This document shows positions 35,869-46,393 of a stretch of DNA of 46,452 nucleotides, piece after piece. The notes below the pieces were generated by a model. It saw only the letters and a list, made by a program, of their open reading frames with translations, had not been told where the DNA came from and did no database searches. Positions within the stretch are counted from its first letter, which is position 1, and each line of letters begins with the position of its first letter. Made by a program: the position numbers and the translations under genes. This stretch comes from Acidobacteria bacterium AH-259-O06 (GTDB taxonomy: Bacteria > Acidobacteriota > UBA6911 > RPQK01 > JADFOI01): contig JALLOM010000002.1 of the NCBI GenBank assembly GCA_027717865.1, positions 1 to 46,452 on the forward strand, in the 5' to 3' direction.

Positions 35869-35903
35869 CGGACCCTCCCCAGGCCGCAAAATCTTTTCTA
35901 ATA

Positions 35904-36106
35904 ATAGGCTTACAGGGAGTGGAAGGCAATTAGAATCAGAGGGAGGATCTTAGCCGATATATCGGAAGTTCAAAGCGCACTGGGGGTATTCTGCCCACAA
36001 TATTTGAGCAGGTGTCACTACCTGTGAGCACCAGGCGCTGGAGTTCTTCAAACTAGCCTAACTTCCGCAGTTGAGGACGGCCTTGATTTGCGCTTTTTTC
36101 AAAACC
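35904..36106 (+). repeat. Copy c of the dispersed intergenic repeat; the reverse-strand tail ..AVLN/FEELQRLV.. is interrupted by ~17 nt
   Basis: Aligns with copy b along its whole length, with an insertion/substitution at about 36050-36068. Confidence 0.6.
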
Positions 36107-36698
36107 TTCTTGGCAGTGCCGCCTTCCTTGGATAGCAACCGCCTGTCAGTCCGCGATCTCTGGCACATCGTACCCAGGTGCGAGACGAACCTGATCCTGG
36201 CCGAGTAAACAGGCGATATTAGGAGAGTGCCTGGAAAATTGTTAGACGCATGCGTGAATGCCCTGCTGACGTGGGGTCAAAAACCTTGGACAAGACTTAA
36301 ACAGCGTGGCCCAGCCCGGATGCCAACCTATGGCTTTGGCGGTGTCGTACTCGGTAATGTTATGCGCCTGTAATGCCGCCTGGGGTCCCATTGTCCGTCT
36401 GGAGACAGGCTTTGATGAACTCTTATAGTTAACATGTTAACAAACACGACTTGTTACGTGTCAGCTTTCTCATTTGTAGAAGGCCCTGATGTAGAGGCCC
36501 AGTGCTCGCCTTAAGACGCCGGACATTGACCGCTCTTCGACCTTGCCCACATGCCGCAGCCAGCCTGTCGAAAATTTCTGACCAGTCAGACGGATAAGTG
36601 CGGCAGGGGCGAGGTGTACAATGAATTCCCTTGTGCTAGCGCTAGGACATGATGTAAGAGTGGGATGACTCCACTTCCTCCAACTGAGGAGGTACTTT

Positions 36699-37697
36699 AT
36701 GCCAACCAGAACGATTATCGCCATGTTACTGGCAATACTAATGCCCTTCACTGCCTATGCGCAGGACGTTAATTCAAAGTTGATAGAAGCAGCACGTGCC
36801 GGTCAAACTGAGGAAGTTCAGGCTTTGTTGGATGCGGGCGCAGACGTGAATGGAAAGGACAAGGATGGACAAACCGCTTTGATGTGGGCGGCATTTATGG
36901 GACACACCGAAATCGTCGAGTTGCTCAGGAAGTCTGGAACTGAGCTATCAGCTTGGGATGAATATTTGCAAGTGAGAAGCCGGTTCTATTACCTCGACCA
37001 ACAAGATTTCAATGATATTTCTTGTAAGGTGGAGGCTCCTACGCTTACAAACCTTATAAGCCAGGCACAATTGGCACTGACACCATTTAAAGACAATTTG
37101 GAAATCCAAGATAACTTGTCAGAGTTTAGGTTAAACTTTAATAAGAGTACCGGACTCCTTATAGACTCACCAAAGCTTGATGTAAAAATCACATCAGAAA
37201 GCGGCATGCCAGATCCGGCAAGGTTAAGATCTGGAATTCAAAGCCTGAAAACTCATTTTAAACGATTACTTGACAGTGTAGAGGCAATGTTAAGAAGTAT
37301 ATTTGTGTTCTATACGTTTCCAAAGAAGCAAGATGAAATAACTCAGGTCGTCGAAGATAACGGTGTATACACATTCATTTACAGGAAAGAAGGAATTGAG
37401 GTTATAGAAATCTATTCCGGCAATCAAATTGAAAGGAAACAAACAGAAATGGGTGGCGAAATACTTTCAAAGGAGAACCATGTAAAAACCGCTGACGGCA
37501 AACTGATCCTGACAGATGCTAATACGAGCATTAATCAACCCATGGTCAACATAGACACGAACGTTTCAGTGTCCTACCAAGAAATAGGTTCTATTGTCTT
37601 TCCAAGTCATATAGTTAGCCATTCTAAACAGTCAATTCAAAGTATGCGTACAGAGACCCAAATAGATATTTACCTTAAAGATTGTAAAGCCTATTGA
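36699..37697 (+). CDS. Secreted ankyrin-repeat protein with an unrecognised C-terminal domain
   Basis: GAGGAGG RBS and a signal peptide. The ANK repeats are LIEAARAGQTEEVQALLDAGADVNGKDKDGQTALMWAAFMGHTEIVELL. The gene is strikingly AT-rich compared with its neighbours. Confidence 0.8.
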   Translation: MPTRTIIAMLLAILMPFTAYAQDVNSKLIEAARAGQTEEVQALLDAGADVNGKDKDGQTALMWAAFMGHTEIVELLRKSGTELSAWDEYLQVRSRFYYLDQQDFNDISCKVEAPTLTNLISQAQLALTPFKDNLEIQDNLSEFRLNFNKSTGLLIDSPKLDVKITSESGMPDPARLRSGIQSLKTHFKRLLDSVEAMLRSIFVFYTFPKKQDEITQVVEDNGVYTFIYRKEGIEVIEIYSGNQIERKQTEMGGEILSKENHVKTADGKLILTDANTSINQPMVNIDTNVSVSYQEIGSIVFPSHIVSHSKQSIQSMRTETQIDIYLKDCKAY

Positions 37698-37729
37698 TTC
37701 CCCCCCTAAATCTGTAGACCAGCTATTTT

Positions 37730-38227
37730 ATGACCAAGATGACCAATTCAGGATGCGGCAATTCGTTCCGAGTGGAGCAGGTAGATCACATCGAAGTGTT
37801 TGTGCCGAACCGTTACGAGGCGGCCGAGTGGTACGAGAAAGTCCTGGGGCTGGAGATAGTTCTGAGTTACGAGCAGTGGGCAGAAGATTCCCGCGGACCG
37901 CTCATGATTTTCAGTGATAACGGGAATACCAAGCTAGCGTTGTTCGAAGGCCAACCTCAGGGGTCGAGAGAAACGGCCGGCTTCCACCGGGTCGCCTTTC
38001 GGGTCGATGCTGCAAGCTTCTTTGAATTCGTCAAGAGAGTCGCCGACTTGCACCTCAAGGATCACCGCGGCCGACTCGTAACATCCCAGGCAGTGGTTGA
38101 CCACCAGAAGGCGTACTCGATTTATTTCTGTGATCCCTACGGTCATCGTTTGGAGGTAACGACCTACGATTACGACGAGATAAAGAGGGCACTGCAGAGG
38201 CGCGCGACCGAGAATATGAGACTTTAG
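37730..38227 (+). CDS. VOC (glyoxalase/bleomycin-resistance/dioxygenase) family protein
   Basis: 165 aa with VDHIEVFVPNRYEAAEWYEKVLGLEIV and the C-terminal YFCDPYGHRLEV. Confidence 0.8.
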   Translation: MTKMTNSGCGNSFRVEQVDHIEVFVPNRYEAAEWYEKVLGLEIVLSYEQWAEDSRGPLMIFSDNGNTKLALFEGQPQGSRETAGFHRVAFRVDAASFFEFVKRVADLHLKDHRGRLVTSQAVVDHQKAYSIYFCDPYGHRLEVTTYDYDEIKRALQRRATENMRL

Positions 38228-38244
38228 CCCCAGGGAGGTGTGAG

Positions 38245-38610
38245 ATGAAGGTGTACAGCTCCCCAAATCTGGCGATGGTTGGCCATTTCAAGAATGTCCT
38301 CGAAATGTACAGTATCGCCTGTGATATCCGCGGCGAATACAGGTGCGCAGCGGCCGGTGAAATTCCACCGATCGAGTGTTGGCCGGAACTATGGGTCGTG
38401 GAAGAATCGCAAGCCGAACAAGCAAGACAGATAATAAGGGAGGCCTTGGAGCCTACCGAGAATGACCCTGGCCTCTGGAAATGTCCAAGTTGCGACGAGG
38501 AAGTGGAGGGTCAATTTACCGAGTGCTGGGATTGCGGAACGAATCGTCCTGACGACGAAGACACTTTCCAAGGAGCTACGAAGTTCGGGCAACGTGGTGA
38601 AGTGCGGTAA
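38245..38610 (+). CDS. DUF2007-like protein with C-terminal zinc ribbon
   Basis: 121 aa. The N-terminus MKVYSSPNLAMVGHFKNVLE fits the DUF2007 pattern. The ribbon is CPSCDEEVEGQFTECWDCG. Confidence 0.65.
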   Translation: MKVYSSPNLAMVGHFKNVLEMYSIACDIRGEYRCAAAGEIPPIECWPELWVVEESQAEQARQIIREALEPTENDPGLWKCPSCDEEVEGQFTECWDCGTNRPDDEDTFQGATKFGQRGEVR

Positions 38611-38953
38611 GTGTTTTAGGTGCAATAGATTGTAGTCTTCGCCCGCTTAATCGAGCTCCTTGTCTTCGCGCGGCCGCGAAGCGGCATAACGCCGGCTAAC
38701 AAGCGGCTCCAGCGGAGCGCGCCCACGCACGGCATTTTCTAAACACAGTAAAACCGGGTCTCTTGCGCGCTCGTTTTCACCGATTCTTGCAAAACCGTTC
38801 AGATAGATTTTAAATGAGGCAACGGGTATCCGAGAATAGCAGGAGCCATTCTTCGGGTTTAACATAGAACTAATCAGTTGACATTGCCTTTCCCGGCATA
38901 AGGATTTAGCATCTAACCAACGAAATTGTCTCGCAAGCAGGAACTGGAGGAAA

Positions 38954-41596
38954 GTGTTGGTTGGTAAGACCATCTCTCATTACCGCATCCTTGAAAAACT
39001 CGGCGAAGGCGGCATGGGTGAGGTCTACCTGGCCCAAGACACCAAGCTCAAGCGCCAGGTGGCTCTCAAGGTGTTGCCCGAGTCCCTACGCCATGACCCC
39101 CAGCGGCTGCGGCGCTTCCAGACGGAAGCGGAAGCAGCGGCCAAGCTGAACCACCCCAACATCGCCCATGTGTACACGGTGGAGGAGGACCAGGGCACCC
39201 GCCTCATCACGATGGAGTATGTGGAAGGGCAGCCGCTGAAGGAGCTCATCCCAGAGGATGGCCTGGACCTCGACACTTTCTTTGCCTGGTTTATTCCCCT
39301 GGCCGATGCCTTGACTCAAGCTCATGAGAAAGGCGTGAGGCATAGGGACATCAAGCCCAGCAACATCATGATGACACCGCAGAGGGTGCCGAAGATCCTG
39401 GACTTCGGACTGGCACAGATCATTAGTCCTGAGGTGAAGGAGGATAGTGCTACTTGGAGGCAGACGCTAACCGAACCAGGCGCGATCCTGGGCACAGCCG
39501 CCTATATGTCGCCAGAGCAGGCTGAAGGGAAACCGGCAGACCACCGCAGTGATATCTTTAGCTTTGGTGTGGTGATGTACGAGGCCTTGACGGGGCAACG
39601 ACCCTTCAAGGGCGAAACCTATGCGTCCACAGTTGGCAGCATTCTCAAGGAGGAGCCTGAGCCAATCAAGGTGCTTAAACCAGAGATGCCCTACCTCTTG
39701 GGGCACGCCGTCAATAAGTGCCTGCGGAAGAACCTTCGTCGACGTTACCAGTCCATGCTGGAAGTACGGAATGATCTGGAAGCGGTGAAAGCCGAGGTTG
39801 ATGCGGGTGTGATTGTGGGGCTGGGAACCGAAGCTGCTGGCGCGTCGGCCCTCGTCTCCCGCTGGCGATGGCCAGTATGGGTTGGCACGGCGGTGCTGTT
39901 GGCCGCCATCGTTGCATGGGCTACCTGGACCCTGGGGCGGATGTTCGCTCACCCTGAACTGCCCTTGTTGAAATTCCAGCTTGCCTTGGTGGATCAGGCA
40001 ACCGATATTGCCGCCATCTCGCCAGACGGTATGATGGTGGTCTACAGGGACCGCGGCCGGTTGTGGATCCGGGATCTGGATAAGCTCGAATCCCGGGAGA
40101 TCCCGGTCACGGACGGCGTCTACAACCTGTTTTGGTCACCCACCAGCGACTTCATAGGATACGCTGTGGGAAATACCCTGTGGAAGGTTTCGGCGCAAGG
40201 GGGACCGAGCACCCAACTCTGTGAACTGCCAGGTTTGTTGGCGGGTGCCACCTGGGGACAAGAAGGGACCATTGTCTTAGCCGCAAGTTCGGGTGAACTG
40301 TTTGCGGTTTCGGCCCAGGGTGGTGAGCCTCAATTGCTCATGAAGCCCGACTCCAGCAAAGGAAATTTAGCCTTTCACACCCCCCACTTATTACCCGATG
40401 GACAGAGCCTACTGTTCAGTATTGTAAAGGACGATAATGCTTGGGAAATCGTCACCCGGTCTGGGGAGACCACGAAACGTCTCATTCATCATGCTGGGGA
40501 ACGGATAGGCTGGCCTACTTACTCATCCACGGGACATATTCTCTACCAACGCGGATGGCCCATTAGCCATGGCGTTTGGGCGGTGCCCTTCTCCCTTTCC
40601 ACCCTGAGGGTGACTGGCGACCCCTTTGTGGTGGCCCCAGATGGTGCCTTTCCCAGCGTCTCTTCTAGTGGAACGCTTTTGTATGAGTCGCCATCGACGA
40701 CTGGGGGTAGCCAGCAGCTGGTGTGGGCAGACCGCAGCGGCCGGGTTGAAGGCTCCATCGGCCAGTCGCATGAGCAAATTCTTGGGCTGGCCCTCTCCCC
40801 CGGTTACAGGCGGGTTGCGGTTAGTGGGGTGGAAAATGGCAACGCCGACATCTGGATTCACGACATAACCCGTAGCACCAAGACCCGACTGACTTTTGAT
40901 CCTGCTGTTGACTATCAGCCGGTTTGGTCCCCTTCGGCTGACCAGATTGTGTTTTCATCCTTACGCAGCGGTTCTGGCGACATCTTCATCAAAGCCGCTG
41001 ACGGGAGTGGTGCGGTCCAACCCCTGGTGCGCGGGCCGCTGGTGGAAGGCGCTTCTCAGTGGTCCCAAGACGGGCGATACCTGGTTTACCATGTCATTGA
41101 TCCGATCCATCGCGATCTGTGGTATGTGCCTTTGACGGGCGACAGGCAAGCCGTGGCCCTCCTGCAAACCCCCTTTGACGAACTCCTGGCGCAGATATCC
41201 CCCGATGGCCGGTATGTGGCCTACCAGTCCAATGAATCGGGACGCTGGGAGGTATACGTAAAGCCCTTTCCCCGTGGCGAGGGTAAATGGCAGGTTTCGG
41301 TGAATTCGGCTAATGGAGGTGTACATCCCAAATGGGACCCTCGGGGTAATGAGCTGTTTTATGTGGACGGGAACAATCTGATGGCGGTGCCGGTCCAGAC
41401 CCGGCCGGGTTTCAGGATGGATATTCCTTACCAGCTTTTCACAGGAGAACAGGTAGGGACATCGTTATCTTCTGACCCGTTTAACCCGATCTATGACGTA
41501 GCCCCCGATGGCGAGCGGTTTGTGGTGGTTCAGAACGTGGCCGAAGGTACTACAACGATAACGATTGTACAGAGCTGGTTTGTGGCGTTTGAATAG
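38954..41596 (+). CDS. Ser/Thr protein kinase, TM segment, and TolB/PD40-type beta-propeller
   Basis: GTG start. Kinase motifs are GEGGMGEVY, ALKVL, HRDIKPSN, DFG and SPEQ. WD40/PD40-like repeats follow, and the tail is ..TITIVQSWFVAFE*. Confidence 0.9.
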   Translation: MLVGKTISHYRILEKLGEGGMGEVYLAQDTKLKRQVALKVLPESLRHDPQRLRRFQTEAEAAAKLNHPNIAHVYTVEEDQGTRLITMEYVEGQPLKELIPEDGLDLDTFFAWFIPLADALTQAHEKGVRHRDIKPSNIMMTPQRVPKILDFGLAQIISPEVKEDSATWRQTLTEPGAILGTAAYMSPEQAEGKPADHRSDIFSFGVVMYEALTGQRPFKGETYASTVGSILKEEPEPIKVLKPEMPYLLGHAVNKCLRKNLRRRYQSMLEVRNDLEAVKAEVDAGVIVGLGTEAAGASALVSRWRWPVWVGTAVLLAAIVAWATWTLGRMFAHPELPLLKFQLALVDQATDIAAISPDGMMVVYRDRGRLWIRDLDKLESREIPVTDGVYNLFWSPTSDFIGYAVGNTLWKVSAQGGPSTQLCELPGLLAGATWGQEGTIVLAASSGELFAVSAQGGEPQLLMKPDSSKGNLAFHTPHLLPDGQSLLFSIVKDDNAWEIVTRSGETTKRLIHHAGERIGWPTYSSTGHILYQRGWPISHGVWAVPFSLSTLRVTGDPFVVAPDGAFPSVSSSGTLLYESPSTTGGSQQLVWADRSGRVEGSIGQSHEQILGLALSPGYRRVAVSGVENGNADIWIHDITRSTKTRLTFDPAVDYQPVWSPSADQIVFSSLRSGSGDIFIKAADGSGAVQPLVRGPLVEGASQWSQDGRYLVYHVIDPIHRDLWYVPLTGDRQAVALLQTPFDELLAQISPDGRYVAYQSNESGRWEVYVKPFPRGEGKWQVSVNSANGGVHPKWDPRGNELFYVDGNNLMAVPVQTRPGFRMDIPYQLFTGEQVGTSLSSDPFNPIYDVAPDGERFVVVQNVAEGTTTITIVQSWFVAFE

Positions 41597-41708
41597 GGAC
41601 CCGGCGTGCCCTGTTCCGGGTACTGGCCTGCGCGGCCCCAGGTAAAGGTATGTCCCTATTTCGTCAATCTAAGTGCCGAGACTTAGAGCCAGTAAAGGAG
41701 GAAACCTT

Positions 41709-42500
41709 ATGCGGACGCAAATGTGGATGCTCATCGTCATGTCCTGGTTGGCCGGCACTGCCGAACTGGGGTCGCAGCCCCGGTCGGAACTCGAAATCCA
41801 GATTATTTATGACAATACGTCGGCGCGGGAAGATATGCGCGCCGATTGGGGGTTTGCTGCGCTGGTTACATTTCGTGGGCACCGGGTTTTGTTTGACTCG
41901 GGCGCTTATCCCGAACTGTTTCTGGAAAATCTAAAGAAAATGGGGGTCGACCCAAGCTCGATTGAACACGCCGTCATCTCACACCACCACATGGATCATC
42001 GGAGCGGCATTTATCAACTGTATGGACAGAACCCTTCGATGAAGGTGCATTTCCTCGATAACTTCCCGGTTCAAGCCTTTGAGGCAGCAGATACAATCGG
42101 CATGGAGCCCCACCGAGTCATGGGTTCCTTCCAAGTCGTGTCGGGCATCTACTCCACCGGGATTATTGAGGGCAGTCCGCCCGAACAGTCGCTCATAATT
42201 GAGACCGCCAAAGGTATCGTTTTGCTGACGGGATGCTGTCACCCGGGGGTCGTAAAGATGGTCGAGACGGTTCAAAAGCAACGGGGAAAGGACTCGATTC
42301 ACCTGTTGATAGGCGGCTTGCACATGTTTATGCAGAATGCCGATCAGATTAAGGCAACGATTGCCCGACTGAAGCAGATGAACGTGGCCACCGTCATACC
42401 TGCGCACTGCTCTGGTGATCTGGCCAAGCAATTGTTCCAAGAAGCTTTTGGCAAAGGCTTTGACACCGCTGGGGCCGGCAGACGGATTGCCCCCGATTGA
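41709..42500 (+). CDS. MBL-fold metallo-hydrolase (secreted)
   Basis: An AAGGAGG RBS precedes ATG 41709. The motif is ISHHHMDHRSG (HxHxDH). Confidence 0.85.
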   Translation: MRTQMWMLIVMSWLAGTAELGSQPRSELEIQIIYDNTSAREDMRADWGFAALVTFRGHRVLFDSGAYPELFLENLKKMGVDPSSIEHAVISHHHMDHRSGIYQLYGQNPSMKVHFLDNFPVQAFEAADTIGMEPHRVMGSFQVVSGIYSTGIIEGSPPEQSLIIETAKGIVLLTGCCHPGVVKMVETVQKQRGKDSIHLLIGGLHMFMQNADQIKATIARLKQMNVATVIPAHCSGDLAKQLFQEAFGKGFDTAGAGRRIAPD

Positions 42501-42546
42501 GACCACCCGGAGACAGTGCAGGAGAGCATGGCCCCTGTGTTGTGCC

Positions 42547-44004
42547 CTACCACAGGCCTATTACTTTCCACCACAAACCACCGATCCCGAGCCAGATAAT
42601 GATGTTGATGACGCTGATGAGTGCTCCCAGTTTCCACCAAATGCCCATCTCCACGTAGCCAGACCCAAACAGCACAGGTGCGGGCCCCGTACCATAGTGG
42701 GTCATGCTGCTGAACAGATTGCTGAAGAAAGCTAATACCAAAGCGGCCAACATGGGTGGTGTACCCACGGCAATGGCAACGGCCAGAAACGCACCGTACA
42801 TGGAACTGACATGAGCGGTGTTGCTGGCGAAAAAATAGTGGCTGTAAAAATAGACCAAACTCAGAATCAGAAAGGAAGTCACCCAACTGATGCCTGCTAC
42901 GGCAGCGCCCATCATCTCACCAAACCAAGGAATTAATCCCAATTCGTTCAGGTAAGTAGCCATCATCACCAGAGCTGCGAACCAAACCAGCGTGTTCCAG
43001 GCCCCCTTTTCCTGAAGAATATCGTTCCAGGTCAATGCGCCGCTAAGCAGCAAAACGCCCAAGCCGACAAAAGCCGCAGTGGTACTATGGATACCCAGTT
43101 CACTGCCGAAGATCCACAAGAACAACAGCAGAAAGAAAGTACCCAACATCATCCATTCGCTAGGCTTCAACTTTCCCATTTCCACAAGTTGATCCCTAGC
43201 AATTTGTGTAGCGCCAGGTGTTTCCTTTATTTCCGGCGGGTAAACTTTGTAGAGAACCCAAGGCACTACAGCCAGGCTGACAAGACCGGGGACAATTGCA
43301 GCAAGTGCCCAACCCCCCCAGGTGATTTCAACACCCACGTCCCCGGCCAACTTGGCCGCCAGCGGATTGGCCGCCATGGCTGTTAAAAACATGGCACTGG
43401 TGATGACTGTGCCCTGGAAGGAAGTCTTGATCAAAAAAGCACCGATCTTGCGGGCCGTCCCATCATCCGGCTCGCTGCCGTAAGATTTTGCGATTGACCT
43501 TAGAATTGGGAAGATGACCCCTCCGGCGCGAGCTGTGTTGCTGGGGATGGCTGGGGCTAAGACCAAATCGGTGGCGACCATACTGTAAGCCACACCCAGG
43601 GACTTTTTTCCGACAGCCGCCATGAACAAATAAGCGATCCGAGCCCCCAAGCCGGTCTTGATAAAGCCACGAGAGATGAAGAAGGCTATTACAATGAGCC
43701 AGATGACGCGGTTGCCAAAACCGCTCAAGGATTCGCTAATAGTGAGAGTGCCTGTGAAGGCGGTAACTGCAATGCCCAACATGGCGACTGCACCCATTGG
43801 CAAGGGTTTGGCGATGATACCCACAATTGTGGCTGCAAAGATGGCCAGAAGGTGCCATGCTTTGATGTCCACACCTTCAGGGGCCGGAATGAGCCAAATG
43901 ACGGTGCCCACAAGCACGGTGACTAACACTGGCACCAGCTTGGCCCCCTCTAAAGACGTCTTAGGTAGACTTGAAGTTTTTTCTTTTGCCGTAATGTTCG
44001 CCAT
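42547..44004 (-). CDS. DASS/SLC13-family anion (di/tricarboxylate) symporter
   Basis: About 485 aa and polytopic. It shows the typical N-terminal KLVPVLV..IWLIPAPEGV..AWHLLAIF and duplicated SNTA-like hairpin motifs (IPSNTARAG, ASNTAHVS). Confidence 0.8.
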   Translation of the reverse strand: MANITAKEKTSSLPKTSLEGAKLVPVLVTVLVGTVIWLIPAPEGVDIKAWHLLAIFAATIVGIIAKPLPMGAVAMLGIAVTAFTGTLTISESLSGFGNRVIWLIVIAFFISRGFIKTGLGARIAYLFMAAVGKKSLGVAYSMVATDLVLAPAIPSNTARAGGVIFPILRSIAKSYGSEPDDGTARKIGAFLIKTSFQGTVITSAMFLTAMAANPLAAKLAGDVGVEITWGGWALAAIVPGLVSLAVVPWVLYKVYPPEIKETPGATQIARDQLVEMGKLKPSEWMMLGTFFLLLFLWIFGSELGIHSTTAAFVGLGVLLLSGALTWNDILQEKGAWNTLVWFAALVMMATYLNELGLIPWFGEMMGAAVAGISWVTSFLILSLVYFYSHYFFASNTAHVSSMYGAFLAVAIAVGTPPMLAALVLAFFSNLFSSMTHYGTGPAPVLFGSGYVEMGIWWKLGALISVINIIIWLGIGGLWWKVIGLW

Positions 44005-44119
44005 GTAAGTTATTTTCAACCCCTTTTTTGGATTTCGAGCGTATTTATGAACCAGAGTACTAACCCGCAGGTCGGCGCTTCCGCCGCTTCGTCACGAGCC
44101 GGTGTGAGAAATGCGGGCT

Positions 44120-46393
44120 CTAAGGCTCCAACCCCAGGCGGCGCAGCAGGTCGGTGAAGCGAGGATCGGAGCGAAGGGGGTCCCAAATGGGGTCGGCTTT
44201 GAGATAGACCAACCATCCATAGCGCTCCCTATAAGCTTTTTCTAACCATGCAAAGGCCTCATCCTTCTCGCCAAGCCCCGTATGGACCAGTGCAATATCA
44301 TAGGGTGGGACATACTCTTGGTTTGACCGTTCCTTTAATTCGACGAGTACTTTTCGGGCCTCATCCGTCTCGCCCGACGCCGCGTAGGCGTATCCCAGGG
44401 AAGCCACCATTAACGTGCCGCGCCCTGAAAGGGCTACACTCTTCTGTGCCTCTGCGACGGCCTCCTGATGCATTGACTTTTGAGCATAAACCCAGCCGAG
44501 CAAGTGGTGTGCCAGGGCGAAATTTGGGTCTAGGTCGAGTGTCTTCTGGCACTGCTCTACCGCTGGGTCATACTGGCGCGCCCGGTAGAAAACCCATGCC
44601 ACGATCGTGTTGATAATGAGGGAGAGTGAATCCAGCTCCTGGGCTCGTTTAATCTCTGCGATAGCTTCATCCATGCGTCCCATTGCTGTTAAGTACTCGG
44701 CATACAATTGGTGCGCTGTGGCATAGCTCGGGTTGAGTTCAATGGCTCGCTTGAATTCTCGCTCAGCAACCAACCAGTCCCAGTCGTAGAGCATAATTGG
44801 ATAGGCCAGCGAGGTGTGCGCTTCGGCGAAAGTGCTGTCAATTTCCAACGCTTTCACCGCCGCTCTCTTCGCTTTTGATCGGACCTCCATCGGAGAGAGA
44901 TAACCGTAGTCCCCCAGCTGGTTGTAGCAGTCAGCCAAGCCTGCGTAAGCCTGAGCGTAGTTCGGATCTTCTTTGACCGCCTGCTCGAAGAACTCGATCC
45001 CCTTCTTGAACGCCTCTTCCGTCCTCTTGTTCCAGTGGTAGCGGCCCTTCAAGTAAAGGTTGTAGGCGTCCAAATTCTCGGTATAGCGCTTGACAAGCGG
45101 AATGCCCTGTTTACTTACAAGCTTGACCTTCAGTATGTTGACGATTTCCTGAGTAATTTCATCCTGAATAGCAAATACATCGCCCATTTCACGATCGTAG
45201 CGATCCGACCAGAGCTGGTAGCCGTCCGCGCTATTGATCAGCTGTGCCGTGATCCTAAGTCGGTTGCCCGCTTTGCGGACACTTCCTTCCAGGATGGTTG
45301 CCACCTTCAGTTTCTTTCCGATCTCGCGGATGTCCTGCTTTCCTCCTTTAAATGAAAACGCCGAAGTGCGAGCGACCACCCGTAGGTTCTCGAGTTTAGT
45401 CAGCGAGTTAATGAGCTCTTCGGACAGGCCATCACAGAAATATTCCTGATCTTTCTCTGGACTTATATCTGCGAAAGGCAGAACTGCAATCGAGGGGCCG
45501 GCGGTCTCGGCCTGAACCCCAGCGCGTCGCCAATCCCAATCTCGCCTCACCCGCTTCAGGTCCGCTAATAGCTCCTTGGCTGACTGGTAACGAACCTCAC
45601 GCTTCTTCTCCAGCGCCTCATTGATGACTTGCTCCAATCCATGGGGCAAACCTGGATTGAAACTTGCGGGCGAAGGGGGAGTGCCATGCAGGATCCCATC
45701 AAACACCAGAGCCGTGGTCGTCGCTCTGAACGGGAGAGTGCCCGTGGCCATTTCGTAGAGAACGACACCAAATGAGAAGAGGTCTGTCCGCACGTCCAAC
45801 TCCTGCCCTCGAGCCTGCTCAGGAGACATGTACACGATCGTGCCTACAGCAGTACCGGGACTGGTCAAGAGTTCCTCGGAGATTGGAGCCGTTGGCATAG
45901 CTGAATCGACTGCTGGGCGCTCCTCCATCAACTTGGCCAGCCCAAAGTCCAGCATCTTGGCGTCACCCCGCTCTGTGATGAAGATGTTGCCCGGTTTAAT
46001 ATCTCTATGGACAATCCCCTTCGAGTGAGCAGCGTCCAGTGCATCGGCTATCTGAATCCCCAACTCCAGAAGCCGATCCGTCTTCAGCGCTTTGCCCTGG
46101 ATGCGATGTTTCAGAGTCTGCCCTTCTAGAAACTCCATCACGATGAAGGGCTGTCCTTCGTGCTCACCAATGTCATAGATTGTGCAGATATTGGGATGAT
46201 TCAGCGCAGAGGCAGCACGAGCTTCTCTTTGGAAGCGTTCCAATGCCTGGCGATTGTGTGCGAACTTGTCAGGCAGAAACTTCAAGACCACATAGCGGCC
46301 CAGCCGGATGTCTTCAGCCTTGTAGACAACCCCCATCCCACCACTACCGAGCTTTTCGAGAATCTTGTAATGAGAAATGGTCTTGCCGATCAT
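44120..46393 (-). CDS. Ser/Thr protein kinase, central domain, and C-terminal TPR repeats
   Basis: ATG 46393 ([24 protein letters not shown]) is preferred over the TTG at 46414. Motifs are HRDIKPGN and DFG, and the C-terminus is TPR-rich. Confidence 0.9.
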   Translation of the reverse strand: MIGKTISHYKILEKLGSGGMGVVYKAEDIRLGRYVVLKFLPDKFAHNRQALERFQREARAASALNHPNICTIYDIGEHEGQPFIVMEFLEGQTLKHRIQGKALKTDRLLELGIQIADALDAAHSKGIVHRDIKPGNIFITERGDAKMLDFGLAKLMEERPAVDSAMPTAPISEELLTSPGTAVGTIVYMSPEQARGQELDVRTDLFSFGVVLYEMATGTLPFRATTTALVFDGILHGTPPSPASFNPGLPHGLEQVINEALEKKREVRYQSAKELLADLKRVRRDWDWRRAGVQAETAGPSIAVLPFADISPEKDQEYFCDGLSEELINSLTKLENLRVVARTSAFSFKGGKQDIREIGKKLKVATILEGSVRKAGNRLRITAQLINSADGYQLWSDRYDREMGDVFAIQDEITQEIVNILKVKLVSKQGIPLVKRYTENLDAYNLYLKGRYHWNKRTEEAFKKGIEFFEQAVKEDPNYAQAYAGLADCYNQLGDYGYLSPMEVRSKAKRAAVKALEIDSTFAEAHTSLAYPIMLYDWDWLVAEREFKRAIELNPSYATAHQLYAEYLTAMGRMDEAIAEIKRAQELDSLSLIINTIVAWVFYRARQYDPAVEQCQKTLDLDPNFALAHHLLGWVYAQKSMHQEAVAEAQKSVALSGRGTLMVASLGYAYAASGETDEARKVLVELKERSNQEYVPPYDIALVHTGLGEKDEAFAWLEKAYRERYGWLVYLKADPIWDPLRSDPRFTDLLRRLGLEP

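Noticed and set aside
36470-36751. 93-aa reverse ORF overlapping the ankyrin gene start. The same applies to 38647-38973 (-) upstream of the kinase.
   Set aside because: Neither has an RBS or a motif. Each overlaps the promoter or 5' end of a well-supported gene on the other strand.
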